This document shows, one piece after another, positions 19,433 through 30,228 of a DNA stretch of 64,000 bases. The notes beneath the pieces were generated by a model. The model saw only the letters and a program-made list of their open reading frames with translations. It was not told the origin of the DNA and did no database searches. How positions within the stretch are numbered: position 1 is the stretch's first letter; the number at the start of each line of letters is the position of its first letter. This stretch comes from Candidatus Fermentibacterota bacterium (GTDB taxonomy: Bacteria > Fermentibacterota > Fermentibacteria > Fermentibacterales > JCC-6), in assembly GCA_963845085.1 (NCBI GenBank), contig CAWJQI010000004.1, positions 1 through 64,000 of the forward strand, given 5' to 3'. A program made the position numbers and the translations under genes.

Positions 19433-20389
19433 TCAGATCCAGCGTTTCTTCCTCACGAAAGTGATAAAACCCGTGATAAAGGAGATTACGAAGACCCAGA
19501 ATGCGGGGTATGCGTAGCGCCAGTGAAGCTCGGGCAGGTGGATGAAGTTCATGCCGTACACCCCTGCGAGAAAGCTCAGGGGAAGGAACAGCATGCTGAA
19601 GATGGTCAGCCTGTTGATGATGCGGTTCGTGCGGTGGCTGACCATGCCCATGTACAGGTTGAGCGTTTCATTGAGGACGCTCCGGATGCCTGCGATGTCG
19701 TCACCGAGCCTTCCCAGCCGGTCCGAGAGAATGTCGAGAGATGGCTGGGTGGATTCCGCGACGAACGCCGACTTCCTTGTTGCAAGATCGTTGAAAAGGT
19801 CACGTGCCGAAAGCACGGTGCGTCTGAACGCGAGGATGTCGCCGGTAAGCTCCGAGACCTCGGAAAAGATGTCGTCGGTTATCCTGCTGAAAAGGCGCAG
19901 CTGTATGCTCTCGGCCTCGGTGGTGTAGTGCTGGAAAATGCGCCGGTTCGATTCCAGCAGGTGCGACCCCACCTCGTACAGCAGAAAGCCCGGCGACCGG
20001 GCGAACTTGCGAAAGTCGTCAAGGTAGATGCGGCCTATCTTCTCCATGACGGGGGATCGCCCGGGGACCAGGGCGACAAGGAAATTCGCGCCGAGCAGGA
20101 ACGAAAGCAGTTCGGTCCAGAGGACCCGGCCCTCGATGCCTACCTCGGACAGGCTGAATTGAACCGCCTCGTCGTACAGCTCGAGCTGGGCTTCGGCATG
20201 GGTTGCATTCACGAGTGCCGAAACGGCCGGGGACGCGCCCAGCATGCCAAGGAATTCCTGAACGCCCGCCCTCTCGTCCGGCGAGGCGACTATCCAGTAG
20301 AAGGCCCCGGCCGGATGCCGTCCGGAGCGGTCCGAAGGGTCGACGGCCCAATCCCTTTTTGTGGCGAAGTCAAACGCTGTTATCTGCAT
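19433..20389 (-). CDS. corA: CorA family Mg2+/Co2+ transporter
   Basis: YGMNF signature followed by PEL and two C-terminal TM helices. Confidence 0.9.
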   Translation of the reverse strand: MQITAFDFATKRDWAVDPSDRSGRHPAGAFYWIVASPDERAGVQEFLGMLGASPAVSALVNATHAEAQLELYDEAVQFSLSEVGIEGRVLWTELLSFLLGANFLVALVPGRSPVMEKIGRIYLDDFRKFARSPGFLLYEVGSHLLESNRRIFQHYTTEAESIQLRLFSRITDDIFSEVSELTGDILAFRRTVLSARDLFNDLATRKSAFVAESTQPSLDILSDRLGRLGDDIAGIRSVLNETLNLYMGMVSHRTNRIINRLTIFSMLFLPLSFLAGVYGMNFIHLPELHWRYAYPAFWVFVISFITGFITFVRKKRWI

Positions 20390-20423
20390 GCGCCTCCTGC
20401 TTCCGTCCTCCCGAAACTCACCG

Positions 20424-22121
20424 TCAGAGCCTTTCGTCCGAAACCGAATCCAGCCATGCTTCAACGGGGGCCATTATCTTCCGTATCGTTCCGGCCACAA
20501 AGGGGTTGCAAAGCCCGGACGCGGCAAGGAGCGAGGTGAATGGAAGGCTGCCGCCAAGCCCGCAGAGCTTTATGTAATCGGCCCAGGCGGCTTCCCTTTC
20601 TGTCCGGCTCCTGCCCCAGAACTCGAACGCGCACACCTGCGCCAGTGTGTAGTCGATGTAGTAGAAAGGGTCTTCGAAGATGTGCCCCTGGCGGAACCAG
20701 TAGCCTCCGCCCGCGAGGAAGGCGTCGTCGCCGTAATCGCGATGGGGAAGGTACCTGCGTTCTATCCCGCTCCAGGCCGACCTTCGCTCTGCGGGGGTGG
20801 CCCCGGGGTTCCCGTAGACCCAGTGCTGGAACTCGTCAACCGCAACACCGTAGGGGATGAACAGGACAGCCCCGGCAAGGTGGGAAAAGCGGTACTTCTC
20901 AAGGTCGTCCCCGAAGAAACGATCCATCCAGGGCCAGGCGAAGAACTCCATGCTCATGGAATGAATCTCGCACGCCTCGAGGGTCGGGAAGTAGTACTCG
21001 GGCACTTCGAAGCCCCTGGAACGGTACGCCTGGAAGGCATGGCCGGCCTCGTGGGTGAGTACGTCGACGTCGCCGCTCGTCCCGTTGAAATTCGCGAAGA
21101 TGAAGGGAGCCTGCTCGTCGGGAATGTACGTGCAGTAGCCGCCCCCGGCCTTGCCTTTGCGGGTGACGAGGTCGAGAAGGCAGCGCTCCGTCATATGGTC
21201 AAAGAATTCGCCGGTCTCGGGAGACATCTCCCTGTACATCGTCCTGCCGTTTTCGAGTATCCACTCCGGAGAGCCCTTGGGCGTTGCGTTGCCGGTGAGG
21301 AACTCAAGCCCCTCGTCGTGGTAGCGCATCTCGGATATGCCGAGCCTGCGGGCCTGGCGCTCCCGCAGCCTGGTGGCAAGCGGAACGACCGAATCGAGAA
21401 CCTGCTTCCTGTAGCCGGCCACCATTGCAGCGTCGTAGTCGGACCTGCCGAGCCTCGCGTATGCAAGGGGAATGAAGCTGTCGAACCCGAGCTTCAGCGC
21501 GATCCCGTGGCGCAGCTTCACCAGTCTGTCGTATATGGAATCGATGAGGTCGCCATTCCCGGAGTAGAAAGCGCTGACGGCCGCTACCGCGGCCTTCCTG
21601 ATCTCCCTGTCCTCGGACTCGGTGAAGGGCTGCATCTGGGAAAGGTTTCTCTCCTCCCCCCGGAACGGAATGGCGGCGGAGGCTTTGAGCTTCACGTACT
21701 CGCTTGCGAGTTTGTTCTCCTCCTGAAGGTCGGCGAGAACCTCGGGGCTGTACGTCTTCATCTGAAGCTCGGCCATGCGGAACAGCTGGGAACCCCAGCG
21801 TTTCTCCAGTTCGGGCCTGAACCGCGAAGACACCAGTGCCCGGTAGAAATCGCTCTTGAGCCCCTCGTAAACGGGACCGAGCTGGTCGAGTGCGTCGTTT
21901 TCAGCGTCGTAGAACTTGTCGGTGGTGTCAATTGTGTGCCTGACCTGCCCGATGCTAACCATGGATTCGAAGGAGTTGCGGGCGGCGTTGATCTCCGCCA
22001 TGACGGCGTTCTGCCCTTCCGCCGAACCGGCCGACGAGAACCTTACTATCAGTTCCCTCATCCCCTTTTCGAAACTCTCACGGTCGGGCCTTGCATACCT
22101 GAACTCGCTGAATTTTCTCAA
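20424..22121 (-). CDS. M3 family oligoendopeptidase
   Basis: HEAGH zinc motif, EIHSMSME, PFYYIDY. Confidence 0.93.
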   Translation of the reverse strand: MRKFSEFRYARPDRESFEKGMRELIVRFSSAGSAEGQNAVMAEINAARNSFESMVSIGQVRHTIDTTDKFYDAENDALDQLGPVYEGLKSDFYRALVSSRFRPELEKRWGSQLFRMAELQMKTYSPEVLADLQEENKLASEYVKLKASAAIPFRGEERNLSQMQPFTESEDREIRKAAVAAVSAFYSGNGDLIDSIYDRLVKLRHGIALKLGFDSFIPLAYARLGRSDYDAAMVAGYRKQVLDSVVPLATRLRERQARRLGISEMRYHDEGLEFLTGNATPKGSPEWILENGRTMYREMSPETGEFFDHMTERCLLDLVTRKGKAGGGYCTYIPDEQAPFIFANFNGTSGDVDVLTHEAGHAFQAYRSRGFEVPEYYFPTLEACEIHSMSMEFFAWPWMDRFFGDDLEKYRFSHLAGAVLFIPYGVAVDEFQHWVYGNPGATPAERRSAWSGIERRYLPHRDYGDDAFLAGGGYWFRQGHIFEDPFYYIDYTLAQVCAFEFWGRSRTEREAAWADYIKLCGLGGSLPFTSLLAASGLCNPFVAGTIRKIMAPVEAWLDSVSDERL

Positions 22122-22214
22122 AATGCTCTCCTAACGCGCCGATGAGCAGAGTAATGTCACGGGAACGCACCTTCAGGCATACCCGCCTTCCCTGGTTCCT
22201 GACATTATACGACG

Positions 22215-23384
22215 ATGCCCCGATTTGGCAATTTGCCTGATCGGGCACAAGGCAGACGGAAACACCCCTTCGTCAATCCGGAACGGGATTGGAGCAATTT
22301 GGCCCTGGAAGACACGGAAGTCCACGCAGCACAGTCGCGGCACCCCCTCGATGTGGTTGTCCCCGGAGGACGCGACGCCGCTGCAGACTACGCAGGGTGT
22401 GTGCCGCCGCCAGGCGCCGCAGGCCATCCCCCGGTCAACTTCCATGCGATGGCTGCCGCGACGGGGGGTGCGTTCCATGCAGACCCGGCTGCGATCACAA
22501 ACGACGGAAGGGCCGTACTGCTCCTCCTGGCAGGAGATGCCGGGCGTGCGGTCGAAGCGGCGGCTTTCCTCAAGAGAGCCGGCCATCCCGTACTTGCTGC
22601 GTGGAAGGAGTGCGGAAGGCATCAGCTCGAGCGAAGCTTCCAGAGACCCGGGCACGGCCGGAACATTGACAGGATCAGGGGCATCGTTGACGGTTTCCTG
22701 TCCCCCTCGCCCGCTTCCGCCGAGTTTCTTGCGGTGAGGCTGCCCGACGCTGAGGTGTTCGAGCTTCCCACCCCCTGCCCTGTCGACCTTGCCGAATGGG
22801 CGAAACTTGCGGACGCCCCTGCAGGGCGAAGCGGGATATTCCTGGGCACCGGGGAATGGCGCGTTCCCTCGCGCAGGCATGCCGATGCCGTTCGCATTGC
22901 AGTGCGCCTTGCCGGGGAGAACCCGGGTGTCCGGATCACCGCAGTCAACCGTGAAGGGCTCGCCGGCCTGTGGCACACGCTTCGGGCCTGCGGTTTGCAT
23001 TCCCCCGTGCGGCTGGTCCGCCCCATGACGTACATCGATTACCTGCGCTGCATCGCGGGCCACAGGATCGTTCTTCAGAGGGATGAAAGCGGAGTGCCGG
23101 GCCAGGTCGCCGGGGATGCCGCCCTGGCGGGTGTGCCCTGCATGGGCGGGAACGGGGGGATAGACCGGCTTGTCTTCCCGCACCTTCCCGGTTCGCAGTC
23201 GGGGGATGATGAGGTGGCCCGTTGTGCAGGGAGGCTTCTGTCGGACGACGGGGAATGGAGCGCCGCTGCAGCGGCCGCACGCTCGAACGCTCTTGCCGAA
23301 GTTTCCTTCACGGCTTTCCGAAAACTCTGGGAAACGGTTCGGAGCAGGATCGGGAGAGCCCCGGGCGGCTGCCCGGGGCTCTGA
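22215..23384 (+). CDS. Putative GT-B fold glycosyltransferase-like protein
   Basis: C-terminal GQVAGDAALAGVPCMG resembles the GT4 nucleotide-binding helix; start uncertain. Confidence 0.5.
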   Translation: MPRFGNLPDRAQGRRKHPFVNPERDWSNLALEDTEVHAAQSRHPLDVVVPGGRDAAADYAGCVPPPGAAGHPPVNFHAMAAATGGAFHADPAAITNDGRAVLLLLAGDAGRAVEAAAFLKRAGHPVLAAWKECGRHQLERSFQRPGHGRNIDRIRGIVDGFLSPSPASAEFLAVRLPDAEVFELPTPCPVDLAEWAKLADAPAGRSGIFLGTGEWRVPSRRHADAVRIAVRLAGENPGVRITAVNREGLAGLWHTLRACGLHSPVRLVRPMTYIDYLRCIAGHRIVLQRDESGVPGQVAGDAALAGVPCMGGNGGIDRLVFPHLPGSQSGDDEVARCAGRLLSDDGEWSAAAAAARSNALAEVSFTAFRKLWETVRSRIGRAPGGCPGL

Positions 23385-23395
23385 CAATACACCTT

Positions 23396-24187
23396 CTAGA
23401 CCACCGTGCTTTCCTTGGAATGCCTGTCGATGGTGATCGCTCCCCTTATGTTCTCAAGCTTCCTCGACTTGCCGCCGATCCCCCATACCAGCATTCGCAG
23501 GGGCTCCTTGCGGGAGTCGTGGAAGCGGATGATTATGCTGCCGAAACCCAGCAGCCGCTCCAGAAGATCGCTTGTGTCAACAACAGTGTCGAATTCCTCA
23601 CGGCCGATCTGCTCGCCGCTTTCCGTGGGGCCGCGCTGAAGGTTGACGTAGTTGGGCGTTATTGCTGCGTAGTGGAAAAGCCCCTTGACCCATGATGTTC
23701 CGATGGCAAGAAGGAAGATCAGGGCGATGAGCAGGTATGCAATGCCGTTCATCTCGGCGCTGATGCTTCCGAGGAAGCTCCAGAAGCCGTCGAGCCAGAC
23801 CAGATAGCTCAGCCAGAGCATGATCCCAGCCACAGTGACTATCATCAGCATGACTTCCTTGATGCCAGCCTCGTACTCCTCGATAATGAAGTTGAGCAGA
23901 AAGACGCCCAGCCAGATCGCACCGAGTGCTCCTGGATTCGCCACTCCGAGGGCGGAGAGGATGAAAAACAATAGGGAAAGGACCACGGTCGGGAAGTAGA
24001 TGATCTTCTGGGTCCAGCCGAAGATGACGAGCCAGTTCGTAATGTCGGGATCGGCATCGAGCTGCCTGATCATCTGATACCTTGTTCTCACCGTCTTCCG
24101 CATCAGCATGAGCACGCCAAAACCGATGAGTAGAAGGACGAACGGTGCGGCGAAAACCATAATCTGGGCAACGGTCCATTCCGACAT
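23396..24187 (-). CDS. Hypothetical membrane protein
   Basis: About five TM helices; C-terminal ERLLGFGSIII resembles a bacterial PH domain. Confidence 0.7.
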   Translation of the reverse strand: MSEWTVAQIMVFAAPFVLLLIGFGVLMLMRKTVRTRYQMIRQLDADPDITNWLVIFGWTQKIIYFPTVVLSLLFFILSALGVANPGALGAIWLGVFLLNFIIEEYEAGIKEVMLMIVTVAGIMLWLSYLVWLDGFWSFLGSISAEMNGIAYLLIALIFLLAIGTSWVKGLFHYAAITPNYVNLQRGPTESGEQIGREEFDTVVDTSDLLERLLGFGSIIIRFHDSRKEPLRMLVWGIGGKSRKLENIRGAITIDRHSKESTVV

Positions 24188-24295
24188 AACCCTCCCCCGT
24201 TTCACTTCAGCCTGAGATTGCAACACCGGAAAGTGGAACAATGCCAACCGCCGTCACCACGGTCAACGGATCGTGCGCGGACCGGAAAAACTGCT

Positions 24296-25435
24296 TCAGA
24301 AATGCCGCCAGTCAGGCGGGCCGTTCTCACCGACCGCCGCCCAGGCGGCCTCCTGCAGCCAGAGCCGCTCTTCGGAAGTCATGGCGGGGTCGTTCGAGTA
24401 GGTGATCCCGACGGGGCTCTCATTCCGGACCGCAGCGTACATGGTGCAGGCCGTGAGATACGTCCCTTTGAGGTTCGGGTGACTTCCGTCGGATTCGTAG
24501 AGCTCGAGCCGGGGGTGCATCGTGATCACGAGGTCCCACGCCAGCCCAACCGGCGAGGTCATTCCATCGGTGAGGGCACCGGCGTGAAAATAGGCCCCGG
24601 AAAGCGGGGTTATCATCCCGGGGTCAAGTTTTCTTGCCCACGTCATGAAGAAACCGGGGCACCCCCCCGCCTCCTCGACCGCCCGTCCCAGAAGCTCTGC
24701 GTAAATGTACATGAGCCCGGGTTCGATGACCGGCCTCTGGCTCTGCTCCTGAAGGATGACGAGGTCCCAGCACCCCCGGGCAATGGCTTCCATTGTCACA
24801 GGGTTGTTCCAGTGATCCTCAAGGGTATACCCGCCGAATGAGACCATCTCGCAGTGGATTTCCGCATCGGGGTGGGCGGAACGGACGACCTCCGTGAAAA
24901 TGCTGTCGAGACCGCCGTTTGCCATGGTGTAGCTGTTGCCCACGAAAAGTATTGAGCATGGCGGGGCGGGGGTGTCGGCGCCCCCCCACATGGCTTCGAG
25001 AAGGAAACTGTCCTCGAGGCTTTCAAAACGGACCCTGAGGTCGAGGCTGGTTGTGTCGCCGGCACCGGACAGGCCCTGAACAACTCCCCCCGCAACCACC
25101 GAATCGGAACCGAACACTGTGGTGCGCACTTCGACAATGCCCTCGGGAACGCCGAAGAGAAGTGTTTCAGTATGATCGGACAGAACGGGTGCGTGAAAAA
25201 GAAGGGTATCCTCCCCGGAAACGGCTTCATAGAGACAGGAATCGGCCTGAACACCGAGTGCCGGAACCGACCTTGTGTCGAGGGTACAGAGGATTGAAGT
25301 GAAGCCGGACTGCCGGGCGGGGTTGTCACAGCCCGAGGCAAGCAGGCAGTAAATTACGGGCAGCAAAGTGGCAGCCCCCGTGACCGGAACCGGCCCGAAG
25401 CTTTTCTTCATCATGCGGGGAACATACCTGCGCAA
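24296..25435 (-). CDS. SGNH/DUF4886-like lipoprotein
   Basis: ILFVGNSYT, WDLVILQEQS, DGSHP; lipobox LASGC; start uncertain. Confidence 0.8.
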   Translation of the reverse strand: MRRYVPRMMKKSFGPVPVTGAATLLPVIYCLLASGCDNPARQSGFTSILCTLDTRSVPALGVQADSCLYEAVSGEDTLLFHAPVLSDHTETLLFGVPEGIVEVRTTVFGSDSVVAGGVVQGLSGAGDTTSLDLRVRFESLEDSFLLEAMWGGADTPAPPCSILFVGNSYTMANGGLDSIFTEVVRSAHPDAEIHCEMVSFGGYTLEDHWNNPVTMEAIARGCWDLVILQEQSQRPVIEPGLMYIYAELLGRAVEEAGGCPGFFMTWARKLDPGMITPLSGAYFHAGALTDGMTSPVGLAWDLVITMHPRLELYESDGSHPNLKGTYLTACTMYAAVRNESPVGITYSNDPAMTSEERLWLQEAAWAAVGENGPPDWRHF

Positions 25436-25514
25436 AGGTTACCCGCCAGCCGGGAATCGGTTTCACCGGGGATGGGAGCCTGGTTTCACGGTGCCTCTAG
25501 CTGAAAGGAGCGCC

Positions 25515-25949
25515 ATGGCGGTATTCTTCAAGGAAATCGACGGCGGTAACCTGGACCGGTGCGTTGAACTCAGGGTGCGCGAGGACCAGCCCTTCGTCGC
25601 GCCCAACGTGTACTCCATCGCCCAGGCCGGAGTGGAGCCGGGCTGGGTCATAAAGGCAATACACTCCGATGAGACCATGGTGGGCTTTGCGATGTACACA
25701 ATCGACGAGAAGCTGTCGGAGCTTTACCTGTGCCGGTTCATGATCGACAGGGACCACCAGGGAAAGGGTTACGGCCTGGCGGCCCTCGAGCTTCTGAAGG
25801 CTGTTGCCGCCGCCACGCCGGGCGTTCGCCGGATGAGGCTGGGCACCTCCCCGGGCAACCACAATGGGATAAGGATCTACGAGAGGTTCGGCTTCACTGA
25901 CACGGGTGAGATTGAGGACGGTGAAAAGGTTTTCGTTCTGGAACTCTGA
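25515..25949 (+). CDS. GNAT N-acetyltransferase (diamine acetyltransferase-like)
   Basis: FVAPNVYSIAQA, RFMIDRDHQGKGYG, YERFGF; AAAGGAG RBS. Confidence 0.88.
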   Translation: MAVFFKEIDGGNLDRCVELRVREDQPFVAPNVYSIAQAGVEPGWVIKAIHSDETMVGFAMYTIDEKLSELYLCRFMIDRDHQGKGYGLAALELLKAVAAATPGVRRMRLGTSPGNHNGIRIYERFGFTDTGEIEDGEKVFVLEL

Positions 25950-26042
25950 GTGAACCGAAACCGGCAGTACCCGATTCATCGCTTTCCCCGGGCAGATTTC
26001 ACGGAAATATTACCGGAGAGAAAGGCAGGCCAGGAGGTTTAT

Positions 26043-26486
26043 ATGAAAAGCCGGCATCTGCTGGGGGCAACGGCAGGATTGCTGTTCTGCGGCTGCCTGA
26101 ACTTCGGGGAGGATGTTCTCACCTCCGAACCGACGCCTGCGCAGGTCGAGTACTGCAGGGCTGAACTGCACCTGATGGCCGGGCTCGAGATCGAGCCGAT
26201 CGGCCTTAAAATAATCGGGTCAGGGATTGACGATGCGGTCTGGTTCGTCTTCAGGACGACCGAGTCGGATCATTCCCTCATCTTCGACCCTTCCGTGATC
26301 CCTGCGGATTCACTCAGGGGAAGGGTGGCTTTTTTCTGGGACGAATCGATGCCGGAATGGTGGGACACGGAAAACAGGACATTCGAGGGCGGCACACTGG
26401 CACTCCCGGCCGGAAAGTGGATCACGGCCGGGTTCGCACCGGCCGGCAACGGAACGATCTGCTACGTGTTCTGGCACGAAACCTGA
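26043..26486 (+). CDS. Hypothetical lipoprotein
   Basis: AGGAGG RBS; lipobox FCGC. Confidence 0.7.
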   Translation: MKSRHLLGATAGLLFCGCLNFGEDVLTSEPTPAQVEYCRAELHLMAGLEIEPIGLKIIGSGIDDAVWFVFRTTESDHSLIFDPSVIPADSLRGRVAFFWDESMPEWWDTENRTFEGGTLALPAGKWITAGFAPAGNGTICYVFWHET

Positions 26487-26510
26487 GGGAGCCTTCTCCC
26501 CCGGAGCCGT

Positions 26511-27272
26511 TCAGTTCCTGCCCAGGAACCTGAGCAGGGCGTCGAGGATCGAAAGCGGATGGGGCGGGCACCCGGGGATGAAAAGGTCCACAGGAAGCAG
26601 GTCGCCTATTCCGCTTTCGGTTTGGGGCGATCCCTTGTAGAGGCCTCCGGAGATGGCACAGGCGCCGGCCGCGATCACTATCCGGGGTTCGGGTACTGCT
26701 TCGTACGTCCTGAGAAGGGCTTCACGCATGTTCACAGTTACGGGACCCGTGACGAAAACCCCGTCGGCGTGTCGGGGAGAGGCCACGAACTGGATGCCGA
26801 ACCTCCCGAGGTCCCAGCCGATCGTGGACAGAACGTTTGTGTCGGCCTCGCAGGCATTGCACCCCCCCGCACATACCTGTCTGAGCTTGAGTGAGCGGCT
26901 GAAAATGCCCGCGGCGCTGCTTTTGAAGACGTCGGGCGGCGAAGTTTCACCGGCCCCCACGAAAAGCCCTTCACGCGTAAGCGAGGCCTGCCGGTATTCG
27001 GCGGTGAATGTCAAAGCCTTGAGAGGGCACGCCGCGACACACTCCCTGCAATAAATGCACCGGCCCGTGTCGATGCGCGCCTTCCCCCGGTCGTCCGGCG
27101 CAATCGCCCCGGTGGGGCATGATTTCATGCAGAGGCCGCAGCCCGTGCAGTCATCGCTGATGCACGGCCTTCCGGCGTAACGCGGAGGAAGGTCGGGGGG
27201 CGGGCCGGACGGGTACCTTGTTGTCCGGTATCCCTGGCTGGCTCTTGCCTTCAGAATTCTGAACATGGCCAT
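26511..27272 (-). CDS. hyfI: Ehr complex small subunit: 2x[4Fe-4S] ferredoxin fused to a NuoB/HycG-like domain (HyfH-HyfI-like fusion)
   Basis: Two CxxCxxCxxxCP motifs; GGCNACE, SPRHAD, GACA, PGCPP. Confidence 0.88.
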   Translation of the reverse strand: MAMFRILKARASQGYRTTRYPSGPPPDLPPRYAGRPCISDDCTGCGLCMKSCPTGAIAPDDRGKARIDTGRCIYCRECVAACPLKALTFTAEYRQASLTREGLFVGAGETSPPDVFKSSAAGIFSRSLKLRQVCAGGCNACEADTNVLSTIGWDLGRFGIQFVASPRHADGVFVTGPVTVNMREALLRTYEAVPEPRIVIAAGACAISGGLYKGSPQTESGIGDLLPVDLFIPGCPPHPLSILDALLRFLGRN

Positions 27273-27276
27273 CCCC

Positions 27277-28735
27277 CTACAGGTCGTGCCCGCAGTACGA
27301 CAGGTTGAAGCTCTTGTTGCAAAGCGGAAAGTCGGAAATCTGCTGCCCCCTCAGCGCGCATGCGAGGCCGAACCAGTTGTGGAAGGAGGGGTCGACAATG
27401 CTGCACCGCCTTATCGATCCGCCGCCGTCGGAAACAAGCACGTGGCAGGCTTCCCCCCGCCATGTCTCCGTGATGGAGACCGAGATCCTTTCTCCCCTTG
27501 CAGGCGCCGGAGGAGCCATGACTCCCGCCATCGGGCAGCCCGGAAAGCTGTTCGAGCACGAATGATGCCGAACGCTGCACCTCCATCCACCTCACGAGCG
27601 CACGGGAGAAAACGTCCCCCGAATCCCACACCGCCATCGGAATGTGCGACATGCGGTATATCCCCGACGGAAAATCATGCCTGGCATCGATTTCAATGCC
27701 GCTCGCCCTGGCGGCAGGCCCCACAAGCCCGATTGACCCCGCCAGTTCCGCGGTCACCCTGCCCGTGCCCTCAAACCTCGAAAGCACCGAGGGCGTTTCG
27801 AGAAGCAGGCCGGCTGCCTCGGCGGTGGCGCTGAGTGCGGTTTTAAGCCGTTGCGTCATGGCGGTCGCGGTCCGGCCGTCTATGTCCATCCCGACCCCGC
27901 CGGGACGGACGAGACCCCGTCCGAACCGGTTCCCGCAGATCAGGGCGGTGATATTGAGAACATCGCCCCTGATCCTTCCGCAGAAGGACATGGTGGGCAG
28001 AAAACCGACATCGCCCGCCAGGGCGCCGAGGTCACCGATGTGATTGGCCATGCGCTCAAGCTCGAGCGCAACTCCCCGAAGGACCTGGGCCCTCGCGGGA
28101 ACATCGGTGTCGCAGAGGGCTTCAAGCGCCGAGCAGAAGCATGTGGCGTGCCCTATCGTGGCGTCACCGGCCACCGTTTCCGCAACAAGGACCTTTCGAA
28201 GATCGGGGGGACCCTCGAGAGCTTTCTCCACGCCCCTGTGCTGATAACCGAGGGCGATCTCGAGATGAAGCACTGTCTCACCGTGGCACTGAAACCTGAA
28301 ATGCCCGGGTTCGATTATGCCTGCGTGCACCGGCCCCACGGCTACCTCGTGGACCTCTTCCCCCCCGACGCGGAAGAACCCAAGGCCGGCTCCTTCCGGT
28401 TCACGCCGGACAGGTTTCAGCCAGGGGTGCCCCGCGAAACATACACCTGCGCTCTCCGCGATCTCCCTCTCGAAAAGGTGCACCTGCGGACAGTCCGGAG
28501 TGAGGGAGGGCATGGACCCGACGGCGGCAGTGCTCAGGAGAGAGAGCTGCCCCCGGAACGGCTGGGCTAGCACTGCGAGCAGCCTGTCCCCCCCGGGGAA
28601 TGGGCATGCGAAGAAGGCAGAAACCCGCGCGCCCGTTTCGACGGCACCGAGAAGGGCGCTTCTGAACTCCTGCGCGGAAAGCAGTGGCACATCGACCGCT
28701 TTCACCGAGCCGCAGTTCGCTGTCACGGCCGTCAC
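27277..28735 (-). pseudogene. hyfG: Ehr large subunit (HycE/HyfG/NuoCD-like), frameshifted as assembled (+1 near 27525)
   Basis: VGPVHAGIIEPGHFRF, YQHRGVE, ELERMANH; C-terminal DPSFHNW...FNLSYCGHDL in the next frame; GTGA overlap with hyfF. Confidence 0.85.
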
Positions 28736-30222
28736 TGGAAACCACCCCCGAGAACCTGCGCGGCCGAGGCGAACGCCTGGCCGAGGAAGCCGGGGATCCA
28801 CACTCCGAGGGCGAGCAGTACGGCGAGGGGCAGGCCAACGAGAATGCACTCCGCAACGGTGCTCTTCCGGAACTGCGGGATCGCGGTGCCCGGCCTCCAT
28901 GCGATGGGGATGAGAAAGCGCAGCGCCCCGGTGAAAACAACGCACATCCCCGTTATGAAGAGCGCTGCAGTGACCCACTCGCCCGCGTCGATCGCGGCGC
29001 GCAGGATCATGAACTCGCTCCAGAAGATCGCGAACGGCGCGGTGCCGATGAGCCCGAGAACGCTGGCGAGAAGGCCTGTCCCCCAGAGGGGGGAACGGGA
29101 AAGTGTTCCAGTAATCCTGCGCATGTCGTTGGTTCCATACGCCTTGACGATCCTGCCCGCACTGAGGAAAGCGCTGGTCTTGCCAAGGGAGTGCGACAGC
29201 ATGTGGAACATGGCCGCAAAGGCGCCCGCTCCGCCCAGCCCCGCTCCAAGGGCAATGATCCCCATGTGCTCGAGGCTGGAATAGGCGAGAAGGCGCTTGA
29301 GATCCTTCTGGACAACAATGAAGGCGGCTGCGGTCAGTATCGAAAGAAGACCTGCGACAATGAGGATGTCCCGCCCCCAGCCGGTGTTGCCTGTCGCCGA
29401 TTCGATGAGTGGCAGGGTTCGGAGTATGCAGTAGAGCGAGGCGTTGAGAAGGAAGCCCGAAAAAACCGCAGAAACGGGGGCCGGCGCCTGGCTGTGGGCG
29501 TCGGGAAGCCAGTTGTGCATCGGGGCGAGCCCGGCCTTCGTTCCGTAGCCTATGACCATGAAGATGAACCCGGCCTTGACAAGCGTGATGTCGAGCGCTC
29601 CGGCATGTGCGATGAGGCTCGTCCAGAGAAGCGACTCGTTGCCGTGGATCGGTGAGGGGCCGGTTGAAGCGGCGATGAGGATCGTGCCGGTGAAGGCCAT
29701 TGCCACGCCGACCGAGCACATCAGCAGGTATTTCCACATGGCCTCGAGGGAGCGCGGAGTGACGTGCACGCATATCAGGAAGGCTGTGAGAAGGGTCGTG
29801 GCCTCGATTCCGACCCACATGACTCCCATGTTGTTGGAGAGAAGCACAACGAGCATCGCCGCGAGCGACCCGAACCAGAGCCCTCCGTAACGCCTCGCCG
29901 AGACCGCGTCGAGCGTGCCGCCCTGAACCTCGTCGGCGAAGTATCCGGGGGAATGCAGCGCTCCAAGGGAAAACACGATGCACAGCACAACAAGGTGCAG
30001 CGCCGAGAGTGCATCCAGCCTCAGCCAGCCGTCGAGGGCGGTCAGGGGTTCTCCCCCTTCCAGGACGACCGCCGCCGGGATCAGCACGACCGCTGAAACC
30101 GCAAGGGTTCCCAGGGCACAAAGCCTGAGAACGGCCATCGGGGACCGCGGAAGCAGGGAAATCATGGCAAGCAGCACGGGCAGGGCAACTGCGAGCGGAA
30201 GAAGGAATGCTGCAGTTTCCAT
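28732..30222 (-). CDS. hyfF: Antiporter-like membrane subunit (HyfF-like)
   Basis: EAMWKY, GYGTKAGLAPMHNWLPDAHSQAP, KRLLAYSSLEH. Confidence 0.9.
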   Translation of the reverse strand: METAAFLLPLAVALPVLLAMISLLPRSPMAVLRLCALGTLAVSAVVLIPAAVVLEGGEPLTALDGWLRLDALSALHLVVLCIVFSLGALHSPGYFADEVQGGTLDAVSARRYGGLWFGSLAAMLVVLLSNNMGVMWVGIEATTLLTAFLICVHVTPRSLEAMWKYLLMCSVGVAMAFTGTILIAASTGPSPIHGNESLLWTSLIAHAGALDITLVKAGFIFMVIGYGTKAGLAPMHNWLPDAHSQAPAPVSAVFSGFLLNASLYCILRTLPLIESATGNTGWGRDILIVAGLLSILTAAAFIVVQKDLKRLLAYSSLEHMGIIALGAGLGGAGAFAAMFHMLSHSLGKTSAFLSAGRIVKAYGTNDMRRITGTLSRSPLWGTGLLASVLGLIGTAPFAIFWSEFMILRAAIDAGEWVTAALFITGMCVVFTGALRFLIPIAWRPGTAIPQFRKSTVAECILVGLPLAVLLALGVWIPGFLGQAFASAAQVLGGGFQ

Positions 30223-30228
30223 GTCCGC

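Noticed and set aside
20361..22145. Long antisense ORFs (also 19523-20539, 32393-33727, 36916-38094, 54748-55893)
   Set aside because: Shadow frames of recognisable genes, expected from high-GC codon bias.
27251..30121. 956-aa ORF in the track as a single giant protein
   Set aside because: Its first half is an off-frame reading of hyfF; the real large subunit starts at 28735.
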